Under the pieces are notes generated by a model, which made no database searches, was not told the origin of the DNA, and saw only the letters and a list, made by a program, of their open reading frames with translations. DNA of 61,747 nt, from positions 1 to 61,747 of the forward strand of contig DATHVO010000293.1 in NCBI GenBank assembly GCA_035461265.1. Direction: 5' to 3'. Source of the DNA: Longimicrobiales bacterium. GTDB lineage: Bacteria > Gemmatimonadota > Gemmatimonadetes > Longimicrobiales > RSA9. This document shows, piece after piece, positions 27,057 through 35,409 of this stretch. Both the position numbers and the translations under genes were made by a program. Each line of letters begins with the position of its first letter. Within the stretch, counting starts at the first letter, position 1.

Positions 27057-27827
27057 ATGCGCCGGCTGAGCCGGGTCGCGGCCGTCGTATTCGACTGCGA
27101 CTCCACGCTGTCGGCGCTGGAAGGCATCGATGAGCTGGCGGGGCCGAGGCGGGCGGAGGTGGAGGAGTTGACGGACGCGGCCATGCGCGGCGATGTCCGG
27201 CTGGACGCGGTCTACGGTCGGCGCCTGGACCTCATCCGGCCTACGTCCGCGGATGTGGCGGCGCTGGGCCGGCGGTACGTGGATGCCATCGTCCCCGACG
27301 CGGCCGAAGTCGTCGCCGCGCTGACGTTCGAGGGCGTGGAGGTGCGTGTCATGAGCGGCGGGCTGCTGCCCGCAGTGGTGGCCGTGGCGGACGCCCTGGG
27401 TATTCCGCGTCACCGCGTCGCGGCCGTGGATGTCCGCTTCGACGGAGACGGGCAGTACGCCGGCTTCGATTCGCGGTCGCCCCTGGCCCGTTCCGGCGGG
27501 AAGCGGGAGGTGATGGCGCACTGGCGAGCCGAGGTCGGCGGGCCGGTGATGATGGTGGGTGACGGGGTCACGGACCTCGAGACCCGCGGCGTCGCCGACG
27601 TCTTCGTCGCGTATGCCGGCGTCGTCCATCGCCCGGCCGTGGTAGAGGAAGCCGACGTGGTCATCCGCTCGCCATCCCTGGCGCCCGTCCTCCCGCTGGC
27701 CCTCGGCGGCGATCCGCCGCGGTCGGAACCGGCGCGGCGCCTGTGGGCCCGCGGCCTGGAGCTGCTCGACCCGGAGTACCGTGCCTTCCTACGCACCCCA
27801 AATGTGAGCAACGGATCGTGGAAATGA
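27057..27827 (+). CDS. serB: HAD-family phosphoserine phosphatase
   Basis: HAD motif I FDCDSTL, then MSGG, then motif IV VGDGVTD. It sits in an operon with serA and an aminotransferase. Confidence 0.75.
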   Translation: MRRLSRVAAVVFDCDSTLSALEGIDELAGPRRAEVEELTDAAMRGDVRLDAVYGRRLDLIRPTSADVAALGRRYVDAIVPDAAEVVAALTFEGVEVRVMSGGLLPAVVAVADALGIPRHRVAAVDVRFDGDGQYAGFDSRSPLARSGGKREVMAHWRAEVGGPVMMVGDGVTDLETRGVADVFVAYAGVVHRPAVVEEADVVIRSPSLAPVLPLALGGDPPRSEPARRLWARGLELLDPEYRAFLRTPNVSNGSWK

Positions 27828-28891
27828 CTGGACGGTTCTTCCTCCCCGGCCCGACGGAAGTGCGGCCGGCGGTGCTCGCCGCCATGACGAAGCCGATGAT
27901 CGGCCACCGCGTGGCAGAGATGGAAGAACTCATGGCGAGCATACAGCCGCGCCTCCGGATGATCTTCCGGACGGAACGGCCGGTATACGTGAGCGCGTCC
28001 TCTGCGACGGGCCTGATGGAGGGGGCCGTCCGCAACGGCGCACGCCGCCGCGTGCTCTCGCTCGTGAACGGCGCCTTCAGTGAACGGTTCTTCCAGATCG
28101 CGAAGGCCACCGGCCTGTCGGCTGATTCCCTGGAGGTTCCGTGGGGGGAGGGCCACACGCCGGACATGCTGGCCGATGCGTTGCGCGGGAAAGACTACGA
28201 CGCGGTGACGGTGGTCCACTCGGAGACATCCACCGGCGCGCTGAACCCCATCGCGGACCTGGCGGCCGTGGCACATGCCGCAGGGGACGTCGTACTCCTG
28301 GTGGATAGTGTGTCCGGCCTGTGCGGTGCGGACGTCCGCACCGACGAGTGGGCCCTCGATTTCATCCTTACGGGTTCGCAGAAGGCGTTCGCCCTGCCGC
28401 CGGGACTCGCCTTCGGCGTAGCGCAGCCCCACATCCTGGAGCGCGCAGCGAGCAGGACGGATCGCGGCATCTACTTCGATTTCCTGGAGTTCGAAAAGAA
28501 CATTCAGAAGAACCAGACGCCGAACACGCCGGCCGTGTCGCTGCTCTTCGCGCTCGCCGAACAGGTTGCCTACATCGAGGCGGAGGGCCTGGAGGACCGG
28601 CTCGACCGCCACCGCCGGATGGCCGAGCGGACCTGGGCGTGGTGCGAGGAGCGGGGCCTGCGGATCCTCGCACCGCCCGGATTCCGATCCCCCACCGTGA
28701 CGACCATCCACTGTCCGGACGGCTGGACGGGGCCTTCCCTGGCGGCGGCGGTGAAGGCGCGCGGATTCCAGATCGCCACGGGCTACGGCATGATGAAGGA
28801 CGAGACCTTCCGCATCGGGCACATGGGCGACCACGCGCCCGCCGCCCTCGACGAGCTGCTGGACGTGCTCGGGGGCGTGCTCGACTCGTAG
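27824..28891 (+). CDS. class V aminotransferase (probable phosphoserine aminotransferase)
   Basis: HSETSTG, the PLP-lysine block TGSQKAF, and C-terminal FRIGHMG. The start forms an ATGA overlap with serB. Confidence 0.8.
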   Translation: MTGRFFLPGPTEVRPAVLAAMTKPMIGHRVAEMEELMASIQPRLRMIFRTERPVYVSASSATGLMEGAVRNGARRRVLSLVNGAFSERFFQIAKATGLSADSLEVPWGEGHTPDMLADALRGKDYDAVTVVHSETSTGALNPIADLAAVAHAAGDVVLLVDSVSGLCGADVRTDEWALDFILTGSQKAFALPPGLAFGVAQPHILERAASRTDRGIYFDFLEFEKNIQKNQTPNTPAVSLLFALAEQVAYIEAEGLEDRLDRHRRMAERTWAWCEERGLRILAPPGFRSPTVTTIHCPDGWTGPSLAAAVKARGFQIATGYGMMKDETFRIGHMGDHAPAALDELLDVLGGVLDS

Positions 28892-28924
28892 ACGAACGCG
28901 CGCGGCGGCTGCGCGCCGAACAGG

Positions 28925-30529
28925 ATGATGGACGTGAAGGAATACAGGGTACTCATCGCCGACGCGATCTCTGCGGACGGCCTCGCCCCGCTGCGGTCCG
29001 ACGACCGCTTCCAGCTCATCGAGCGGACCGGCCTTAAGGGGGAGGAGCTGGCGCGGGCCATCACCGGCATGCATGCGGTGATCGTGCGGAGCAGCACGCG
29101 CATAACGCGCGACGCGCTGCAACACGCCGATGAGCTCCGCGTCATCGGTCGCGCGGGCGTGGGAGTGGACAACATCGATGTTGACGCGGCGACGGAGCGT
29201 GGCGTCGCCGTGCTGAACGCTCCGTCAGGGAACACCATTTCTGCTGCGGAGCTCACACTCGCCCTCGTCCTGGCGTGCGTGCGGCGGATTCCGGCTGCGG
29301 ACCGCTCCATGAAGGCGGGCGAGTGGGACCGCAAGAGCTTCACCGGGAGCGAACTCTACGGCAAGGTCCTCGGTCTCGTCGGTGCCGGTCGCATCGGCGG
29401 TGAGGTTGCGCGTCGTGCGCGGGCCTTCGGCATGCGCGTATGCGCGTACGATCCGTACCTGACTCCGGAGCGGGCGGAGTCGCTGGAGGTCGAGCTGTCG
29501 TCGCTCGACGCCGTACTCTCGCGGTCCGATGTAATCTCCCTGCACGTTCCCCTGACGGACAGCACGGAGGGGATGATCGGAGCGGAGGAGCTGGCCATGA
29601 TGAAGCCCGGCGCGGTGATCGTGAATGCTGCACGGGGCGGGGTCATCGACGAGGCTGCCCTGGCGGAGGCGCTGCGGACCGGCCGCATCGGCGGTGCCGG
29701 CCTGGATGTCTTCGCCGAGGAGCCGCTGCCTGCGGACCACCCCCTGCGCGGCGTGGACAACGCCGTACTCACACCGCACCTCGGGGCCGCCACTGAAGAG
29801 GCGCAGCACAACGTCGCGGTGGAGATCGCGGAGGCGGTCCGGGCGGCGCTGGCGGACGACGATCTGACGCGGGCGGTGAATGCGCCCGCCATCGGCGGCG
29901 AGGAGATGCGGCGCCTGAGGCCGCTCCTGGAGCTGGCCGACCGCCTCGGCCGGATCGCCGCGGCGCTGGCTGACGGCGCCGCGGAACACCTCGTCATCCG
30001 CTACTCGGGACCGGAGGATGTGGTGGTGCGGCCCATCGCCGCCGCGGCGGCGATGGGTGCACTGCGCCACGTGGTCGGCTTCGGCGCCATCAACATGGTC
30101 AACGCCGTCCACATCGCGGAGTCGCGGGGCATAGAGGTGGAGCGCAGCCGGGTGGGGACACACGGCCCGTACGAGGAGTTCATCGAGGTGCGTCTGCGTA
30201 CGGGTTCGGGCGAGTCGCGTGTGGCGGGTGCCGTCGTGGCGGGCCGCCACCCCCGCGTCGTGCGCGTCGACCGCTACCGCATCGTGGTCCGTCCCCGCGG
30301 CTCGCTCCTGATTTTGCGCAACAACGACGTGCCGGGGGTCATCGGCCGTGTGGGCACCCTCCTCGGCACCGCCGGGATCAACATTGCGGAGTATCACCAG
30401 GCCCGGATGCAGGCAGGCGCGGACGCTCTCGCCGCCATCAGCGTGGACGGCGTCATCAGCGATGACGTGATGTCGGCGCTGGCGGCCCTGCCCGACGTGC
30501 TCGACGTGCGACAGGTCGATCTGGACTGA
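28925..30529 (+). CDS. serA: D-3-phosphoglycerate dehydrogenase with C-terminal ACT domain
   Basis: 534 aa. It has the NAD fold GLVGAGRIGGEV, the catalytic region ARGGVIDE...TPHLGA, and an ACT-like C-terminus (LLILRNNDVPGVIGRVGTLLG). Confidence 0.9.
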   Translation: MMDVKEYRVLIADAISADGLAPLRSDDRFQLIERTGLKGEELARAITGMHAVIVRSSTRITRDALQHADELRVIGRAGVGVDNIDVDAATERGVAVLNAPSGNTISAAELTLALVLACVRRIPAADRSMKAGEWDRKSFTGSELYGKVLGLVGAGRIGGEVARRARAFGMRVCAYDPYLTPERAESLEVELSSLDAVLSRSDVISLHVPLTDSTEGMIGAEELAMMKPGAVIVNAARGGVIDEAALAEALRTGRIGGAGLDVFAEEPLPADHPLRGVDNAVLTPHLGAATEEAQHNVAVEIAEAVRAALADDDLTRAVNAPAIGGEEMRRLRPLLELADRLGRIAAALADGAAEHLVIRYSGPEDVVVRPIAAAAAMGALRHVVGFGAINMVNAVHIAESRGIEVERSRVGTHGPYEEFIEVRLRTGSGESRVAGAVVAGRHPRVVRVDRYRIVVRPRGSLLILRNNDVPGVIGRVGTLLGTAGINIAEYHQARMQAGADALAAISVDGVISDDVMSALAALPDVLDVRQVDLD

Positions 30530-30533
30530 CGGG

Positions 30534-31139
30534 TCAGCGCCTCAGCCGGATGCCCATCCGCCGGGCGAACTCGTTGAGCCCGCCCAGTCCCATCACCCGG
30601 CTCCGGCCGCCCGTGTGCATCCAGCCCCAGCGGATGTCCCGGGGCTCCTCCACCGTGACGAAGGCCTGCGGGTCCCACCGCTGCACCTCCCCCGTGACGC
30701 GGGGGATGTCGCGGCGCAGGCAGACCGTGTAGACGATCTCTACGGGTCCGTCCCGCCCCTGGCCCGCGAACTCCGTCACGCCGAAGCCCAGGTCGCGCAG
30801 CGCATCGGCCAGCTCGACACCGACATATCGCGAGACGATGCGGATCGTGGCATACCCGATGGCGAGTCTCTCCTCGATCAGCATGCCGACGACCGTACCC
30901 GTGGAGAAGCCGGCGGCGTAACCCAGCAGGTGCCAGCCGCTGTCGAGGAAGCGGATCGCGTTGCCCACGGCGAAGACCCAGATGAGCACCTCGAAGAACC
31001 CGATGACGGGGACGATGGCCTTGTAGCCGCGCACGGCGAGAAGGATGCGGACGGTGGACAGGGAGACGTCCACGATACGCATGGAGAATATGACGAGCGG
31101 GCCGTACGGCCCGGCGAACAGCGCCTCAATGGTGGACAT
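30534..31139 (-). CDS. DUF2179/UPF0316-family membrane protein
   Basis: An N-terminal 3-TM region is followed by a C-terminal soluble domain (IYTVCLRRDIPRVTGEVQRWDPQAFVTVEE). The start is ATG 31139 or GTG 31148. Confidence 0.65.
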   Translation of the reverse strand: MSTIEALFAGPYGPLVIFSMRIVDVSLSTVRILLAVRGYKAIVPVIGFFEVLIWVFAVGNAIRFLDSGWHLLGYAAGFSTGTVVGMLIEERLAIGYATIRIVSRYVGVELADALRDLGFGVTEFAGQGRDGPVEIVYTVCLRRDIPRVTGEVQRWDPQAFVTVEEPRDIRWGWMHTGGRSRVMGLGGLNEFARRMGIRLRR

Positions 31140-31262
31140 GGGCAACACGATAGCGGATTGCCCATCCGCGGTAAACGGCGACTGTCCCGCGCGCCGGCCG
31201 GGCTGGCAGGTGCGCAGGAATGGTGGTAGCGTGTCGCGGTAGACTCCTTCCGGCGAGCATCC

Positions 31263-32444
31263 ATGGCACCTGCGTCATCCGCCAGGACGGCGGTCGAGTA
31301 CAATCTCGGTCTGGTCCTCACCGGTGGCGGCGCGCGTGGCGCCTACCAGGTGGGCGTCCTGAAGTGGATCGCCCGCAACTATCCCGACATACGGGTTCCC
31401 ATCCTGACGGGTGTGAGCGCGGGGGCAGTGAACATCGCGAAGCTGGCGGCGGCGCCGGGCAGCTTCGCCCAGGCCGTCCACGAGCTGGAGTCCCTCTGGC
31501 GCGGGCTCCATGTGGAGGACGTCTTCAGGGTGGACGCCGGCTCGCTGTCGCGGAATGCGTTCCGGTGGTCGCTGCGGCTTGCGTCGGGCGGGGCCCGCGG
31601 TGCGCCGAACGTCCGGGGTCTGCTGGATACGCAGCCGCTGCGGGAGCTCCTGGCCGACGTACTGGCCGCCGTGGACGGCGAGCTCACCGGCATCGACTAC
31701 AACCTCGAGCTGAACCGGTTGAAGGCGGTGGGGATCATCGCGACGTCGTACACGACCGGCCAGACCGTGGTGTTCCTGAAAGGCAGGGACATCATGCCGT
31801 GGGAGCGTCCGCAGCGGCGGACGGAGGTGGGGCCCATCACCGTCGAGACCATCATGGCGTCCGCTGCGCTGCCCATCTTCTTCCCGGCGGTCCGGCTCGG
31901 CAGCGAGTGGTACGGCGACGGCGGGATCCGGCTCGCGGCCCCGCTGTCGCCCGCACTCCACCTCGGCGCGGACCGCATCCTGGCCATCTCGACGCGGCAC
32001 CAACGGACACGCGACGAGATCGCATCCGCCCGCGAACCCGGCTACCCGCCCCCGGCCCAGGTGGCGGGCGTGCTGCTGAACGCCGTCTTCCTGGACCTCG
32101 TGGACCAGGATGCGCTGCGACTGGAGCGCCTGAACCGCCTGCTCGAGAGGCTTCCGGAGGAGCACCGGCAGGGGATGCGCTCCGTGCGCCTCCTCCACGT
32201 TCGCCCATCCGAAGACCTCGCAGCGCTTGCGGCGAAGTTCGAGCCAAAGCTCCCGCGCACGTTCCGGTTCATGACGCGCGGCCTCGGAACCCGCGAGCAG
32301 CGCAGCCCGGACGTGCTCTCCATGCTGATGTTCCAGCCGGATTACCTCGGCGAGCTCATCGATCTCGGCGAGCAGGACGCGGAGTGGATCGCGCCACAGC
32401 TCGAGGCGTTCTTCGAGGACCGTCCCGAGACCGACGCTGGCTGA
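31263..32444 (+). CDS. patatin-like phospholipase
   Basis: GGGARGAYQVGV oxyanion motif, GVSAG nucleophile elbow, and the DGG catalytic Asp (YGDGGIR). Confidence 0.85.
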   Translation: MAPASSARTAVEYNLGLVLTGGGARGAYQVGVLKWIARNYPDIRVPILTGVSAGAVNIAKLAAAPGSFAQAVHELESLWRGLHVEDVFRVDAGSLSRNAFRWSLRLASGGARGAPNVRGLLDTQPLRELLADVLAAVDGELTGIDYNLELNRLKAVGIIATSYTTGQTVVFLKGRDIMPWERPQRRTEVGPITVETIMASAALPIFFPAVRLGSEWYGDGGIRLAAPLSPALHLGADRILAISTRHQRTRDEIASAREPGYPPPAQVAGVLLNAVFLDLVDQDALRLERLNRLLERLPEEHRQGMRSVRLLHVRPSEDLAALAAKFEPKLPRTFRFMTRGLGTREQRSPDVLSMLMFQPDYLGELIDLGEQDAEWIAPQLEAFFEDRPETDAG

Positions 32445-32462
32445 CCCGTCGGACGGGCAGGT

Positions 32463-33638
32463 TCAGGGCGTGCGCAGGAGGCCGTGCCGCCGGAGGATCT
32501 GCAGCGTCGCGTCCAGCGGCAGGGCCTCGATGGTTCGCCCGCCGTACGTCGTCGTGACGGCGCGGAACATGGAATTGAGGATGGCCTCCTCGGTCGCCTC
32601 GGCCACGGCCTGGAACAGCGGCGTCATTGCATCGTTGCCGAGCTGCGCGCCTGCCGCTGCGGCGCGGCCGTCCCGGCGGCGCACGGCCTCCGCCGTGGCG
32701 AAGGCAATGACGTAGTCGCCCGAGCCGTTGCTCATGGTGGCGCCGGTGCGCGCCAGGCCGAGCAGCGCGCGGCCAGCCAGGCGCTCGAGGCTCCGTGCGT
32801 CCAGCGGCGCGTCGGTGGCCACCACGATCATGATGCTGCCGTCCGGCGTCGGGTCGGCATCACGCCGCTCCGCCTCCCGCATGAATGCGTACTGCCCCAG
32901 CTCGCGGCCAACCGGGGCGCCTGCCACGGTGAGGATGCCGCCGAAGTTCGACTGCACGAGCACTCCGACGGTGTAGCCGCCGTATGCGGCGGGCAAGACC
33001 CGCGACGACGTGCCGATTCCGCCCTTCCAGCCGAATGCGACCGTGCCCGCGCCGGCACCCACCGCGCCCTCCTCCACGCCTCCGACCGGGGAGGCGAGTG
33101 CCTGCTCGAGGGCGGCAACGACGTGGGCAGACGTCACGGCGGGAGACCGGATGTCGTTCAACGGCGCGTCGTTGGTCTCCCCGACGACGGGGTTGATGGA
33201 GCGGACGTCTGCCATACCCGGGCGCGCAAGCAGCCATTGCGTCATGGCATCCGCAGCCCGCCACACGCACAGCGTGCACGTCAGCAGGATCGGCGTCTCC
33301 AGCTCGCCCAGTTCACGGACCTGTGTCACGCCGATGAGCTTGCCGAAGCCGTTGCCGGCCACGATCGCTGCGGGAACCCGCTCACGGAACCAGTCGTCGC
33401 CGGGAGGGAGGACCGCCGTGACGCCGGTGTGGCCATTGTCGCCCCGGACGGTGGCGTGACCCACACGCACGCCATCCACATCCGTGATGGCATTGCGCGG
33501 GCCCGTCTCGAAGACGCCCACAACGACGCCGGCTTCGCGGGCGCGCGGCCGCTGCTCCTGTGCCATTCCGGCCTCCGCGAGTACGAGGATGGAAGCGCAG
33601 CTCACGACTATGCCGCGCACGATGAATGGGACGCTCAT
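32463..33638 (-). CDS. DmpA/S58 (P1) family aminopeptidase, secreted
   Basis: Signal peptide MSVPFIVRGIVVSCASILVLAEAGMA. ITDVDGVRVGH, self-processing-site context DGSIMIVVATDAPL, and LARTG...NGSGD. Confidence 0.75.
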   Translation of the reverse strand: MSVPFIVRGIVVSCASILVLAEAGMAQEQRPRAREAGVVVGVFETGPRNAITDVDGVRVGHATVRGDNGHTGVTAVLPPGDDWFRERVPAAIVAGNGFGKLIGVTQVRELGELETPILLTCTLCVWRAADAMTQWLLARPGMADVRSINPVVGETNDAPLNDIRSPAVTSAHVVAALEQALASPVGGVEEGAVGAGAGTVAFGWKGGIGTSSRVLPAAYGGYTVGVLVQSNFGGILTVAGAPVGRELGQYAFMREAERRDADPTPDGSIMIVVATDAPLDARSLERLAGRALLGLARTGATMSNGSGDYVIAFATAEAVRRRDGRAAAAGAQLGNDAMTPLFQAVAEATEEAILNSMFRAVTTTYGGRTIEALPLDATLQILRRHGLLRTP

Positions 33639-34078
33639 GATCCACCGGTTCGGGTTCGGGCCAGGCGCTGTACGAGCGCGGCCAGCTGGGGGATGGGGAT
33701 GTCCATTGGGCATGCGGCCGTGCAGGCGTCGCATGCGGTGCAGGGTGGGATGGCCGCTGCAACGAGAACCGCCCGGTCGATGGAGCGGGATGGCCCGGCA
33801 ATGAAAGTCCACGCCTCGTCCCAGGCGGTGCCGCCGCCGGCCTGCAGCTCCGGGCAGGCCGGCACGCACAGGCCGCAATCGATGCATGCCATGGTGGACG
33901 GGAGCAGAGCGCGCTCGTCCGCCGTCAGGGGGACGTAGCCTTCGGGCTCGACGGCGTCACGGAACCGCTGCAGGTCGTTGCCGGCCCGGAGTGCCCGCCG
34001 TGGCATCCGGACGACGACGTGGTGGCCGAAGCGCCAGGCGAGGTTGAGCCAGGCGAGGGCGCGTCCGGTGGGGGCCAT
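33635..34078 (-). CDS. 2x[4Fe-4S] ferredoxin-type protein (GlpC/HdrC N-terminal-like)
   Basis: CIDCGLCVPACP and CTACDACTAACP cluster motifs. There is an ATGA overlap with the downstream peptidase gene. Internal ATG of ORF 33635..34270. Confidence 0.7.
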   Translation of the reverse strand: MAPTGRALAWLNLAWRFGHHVVVRMPRRALRAGNDLQRFRDAVEPEGYVPLTADERALLPSTMACIDCGLCVPACPELQAGGGTAWDEAWTFIAGPSRSIDRAVLVAAAIPPCTACDACTAACPMDIPIPQLAALVQRLARTRTGGS

Positions 34079-34100
34079 GATCGGTCGCGTCTCCTTCGGG

Positions 34101-35240
34101 TCAGGCGCCGCGGGCCGCCGCCGCGGCCAGTACCCCGGCCGACCAGCCGTCCCGGGCAGCGTGGCCGAGGCCGAGTGCAGCCGTCTCCGCCCCGGCGCGG
34201 ACGGACCCGGCGGCGAAGACGTTCGTGAAGGCCGGCTTGCCATCAGGTCGCGCGGGCCGGCCGCGGTCATCCGCCAGAATGCCGGCCGAAAGCACCGGCT
34301 GCGCCATGGTCCGGACAGGGTGGGTGAGCATATGTGATGGTGCCGGCGTGGACGGCGTCAGTCCGAGCACCGTTTCGCGTTGACCGGAGCCGCTGTCGGT
34401 GATGCCGCCGCCAATGAACCGGCCCGTAGCAAGGACCACGGCGCCGACGCGGATGCTCTCGACGACGTCAGTGCCGGTCACCTCCACCACGGTGATGGCG
34501 TCGTGCACCGGAGACGCCGCCGCCCGGCCCTGCACGACCTGCACGCCCGCGTTCCGCAGCGCACGGAGGAGGCACTGGTCCAGCCGCCAGCCGGGGAGGG
34601 AGGGCGCGCCACTCAGGGCTTCGCCCGGTACGATGCCCGTGGCATCGCGGAGCGTTTCGACGACCCGGACATGTCCGCCGATGCCGAGTACGGCCGGGAT
34701 GATCGCGCGGGCCGAGCCGTGGCGCCGGACCGCCCGGGCCAGCGGCTCCCCGAGCACGAGCGGCTCCGCCTCGAGTCGCGCGGCGAGCGCCGGCGTTGAC
34801 CAGCCGGCCGCCGGCGTGTCCGCCAGAGTCACGCTGTCGAAGGCGATTGCGCCGTCCGGCAGGGCCGCGGCATCGGACCAGAGGACCGCGAGGGCGCGCG
34901 GGTGGAATCCGGGCAGGCCGGCAATGCCGCACACGAGGATGGGCTCCGCACCGTCCGCCACGGCAGCGGCGGCATGCGCAGGCGGCGCGGCATCGGACGT
35001 GAGCAACCGGCCGTCGGCGTGCGGAAGCAGCGCGGCGCCAACCCGCAGTGGCATGCCCGCACCTTCCAGCGCGTCACGCACGGGCTCCGGCGGGACGCCG
35101 GTCCAGCCGCCCGCCGCCAGGGCCGTGGCGCCGGGGCCCCGCCGCACCAGCGCCGTGCGCGCTCCCGCGCCCGATGCCGCCACGGCCGCCGCGAATCCGG
35201 CGATGCCGCCGCCGATGATGAGCACATCGACTTCACGCAT
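34101..35240 (-). CDS. FAD-binding oxidoreductase, GlpB-like (anaerobic glycerol-3-phosphate dehydrogenase subunit B family)
   Basis: N-terminal dinucleotide fold VDVLIIGGGIAGFAAA and C-terminal FAAGSV...G motif. The overall layout resembles GlpB (by memory). Confidence 0.65.
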   Translation of the reverse strand: MREVDVLIIGGGIAGFAAAVAASGAGARTALVRRGPGATALAAGGWTGVPPEPVRDALEGAGMPLRVGAALLPHADGRLLTSDAAPPAHAAAAVADGAEPILVCGIAGLPGFHPRALAVLWSDAAALPDGAIAFDSVTLADTPAAGWSTPALAARLEAEPLVLGEPLARAVRRHGSARAIIPAVLGIGGHVRVVETLRDATGIVPGEALSGAPSLPGWRLDQCLLRALRNAGVQVVQGRAAASPVHDAITVVEVTGTDVVESIRVGAVVLATGRFIGGGITDSGSGQRETVLGLTPSTPAPSHMLTHPVRTMAQPVLSAGILADDRGRPARPDGKPAFTNVFAAGSVRAGAETAALGLGHAARDGWSAGVLAAAAARGA

Positions 35241-35319
35241 CCCGGCAAGCTAGGCGCACACGCCCTCCGCGGGGAAGGGCGAGCGGTGAACGTCGGGTCA
35301 CTGCGCAGGGGCACGATCC

Positions 35320-35348
35320 TTGACCCGCCGCGTGCGCGGCGGTAGCAT
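35320..35348 (+). promoter_or_regulatory. candidate sigma-70 promoter of the cytochrome oxidase operon with a palindromic spacer
   Basis: TTGACC (35320-35325), a 17-nt spacer, then TAGCAT (35343-35348). The spacer region contains CCGCCGC-GTGC-GCGGCGG (35325-35342). Confidence 0.4.
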
Positions 35349-35409
35349 TTGTGCCCTTGCATCCGGGCCGGACGGTACCCGGTTCGTCGCAGTCACCGAG
35401 AGATTAAGA

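Noticed and set aside
27007-27069. 20-codon upstream ORF (MQNAGLPTTDAAGRANACAG) overlapping the serB start, considered as a possible serine-responsive leader peptide.
   Set aside because: It contains no Ser codons, has no convincing Shine-Dalgarno sequence, and no alternative hairpins were seen. It is most likely fortuitous.
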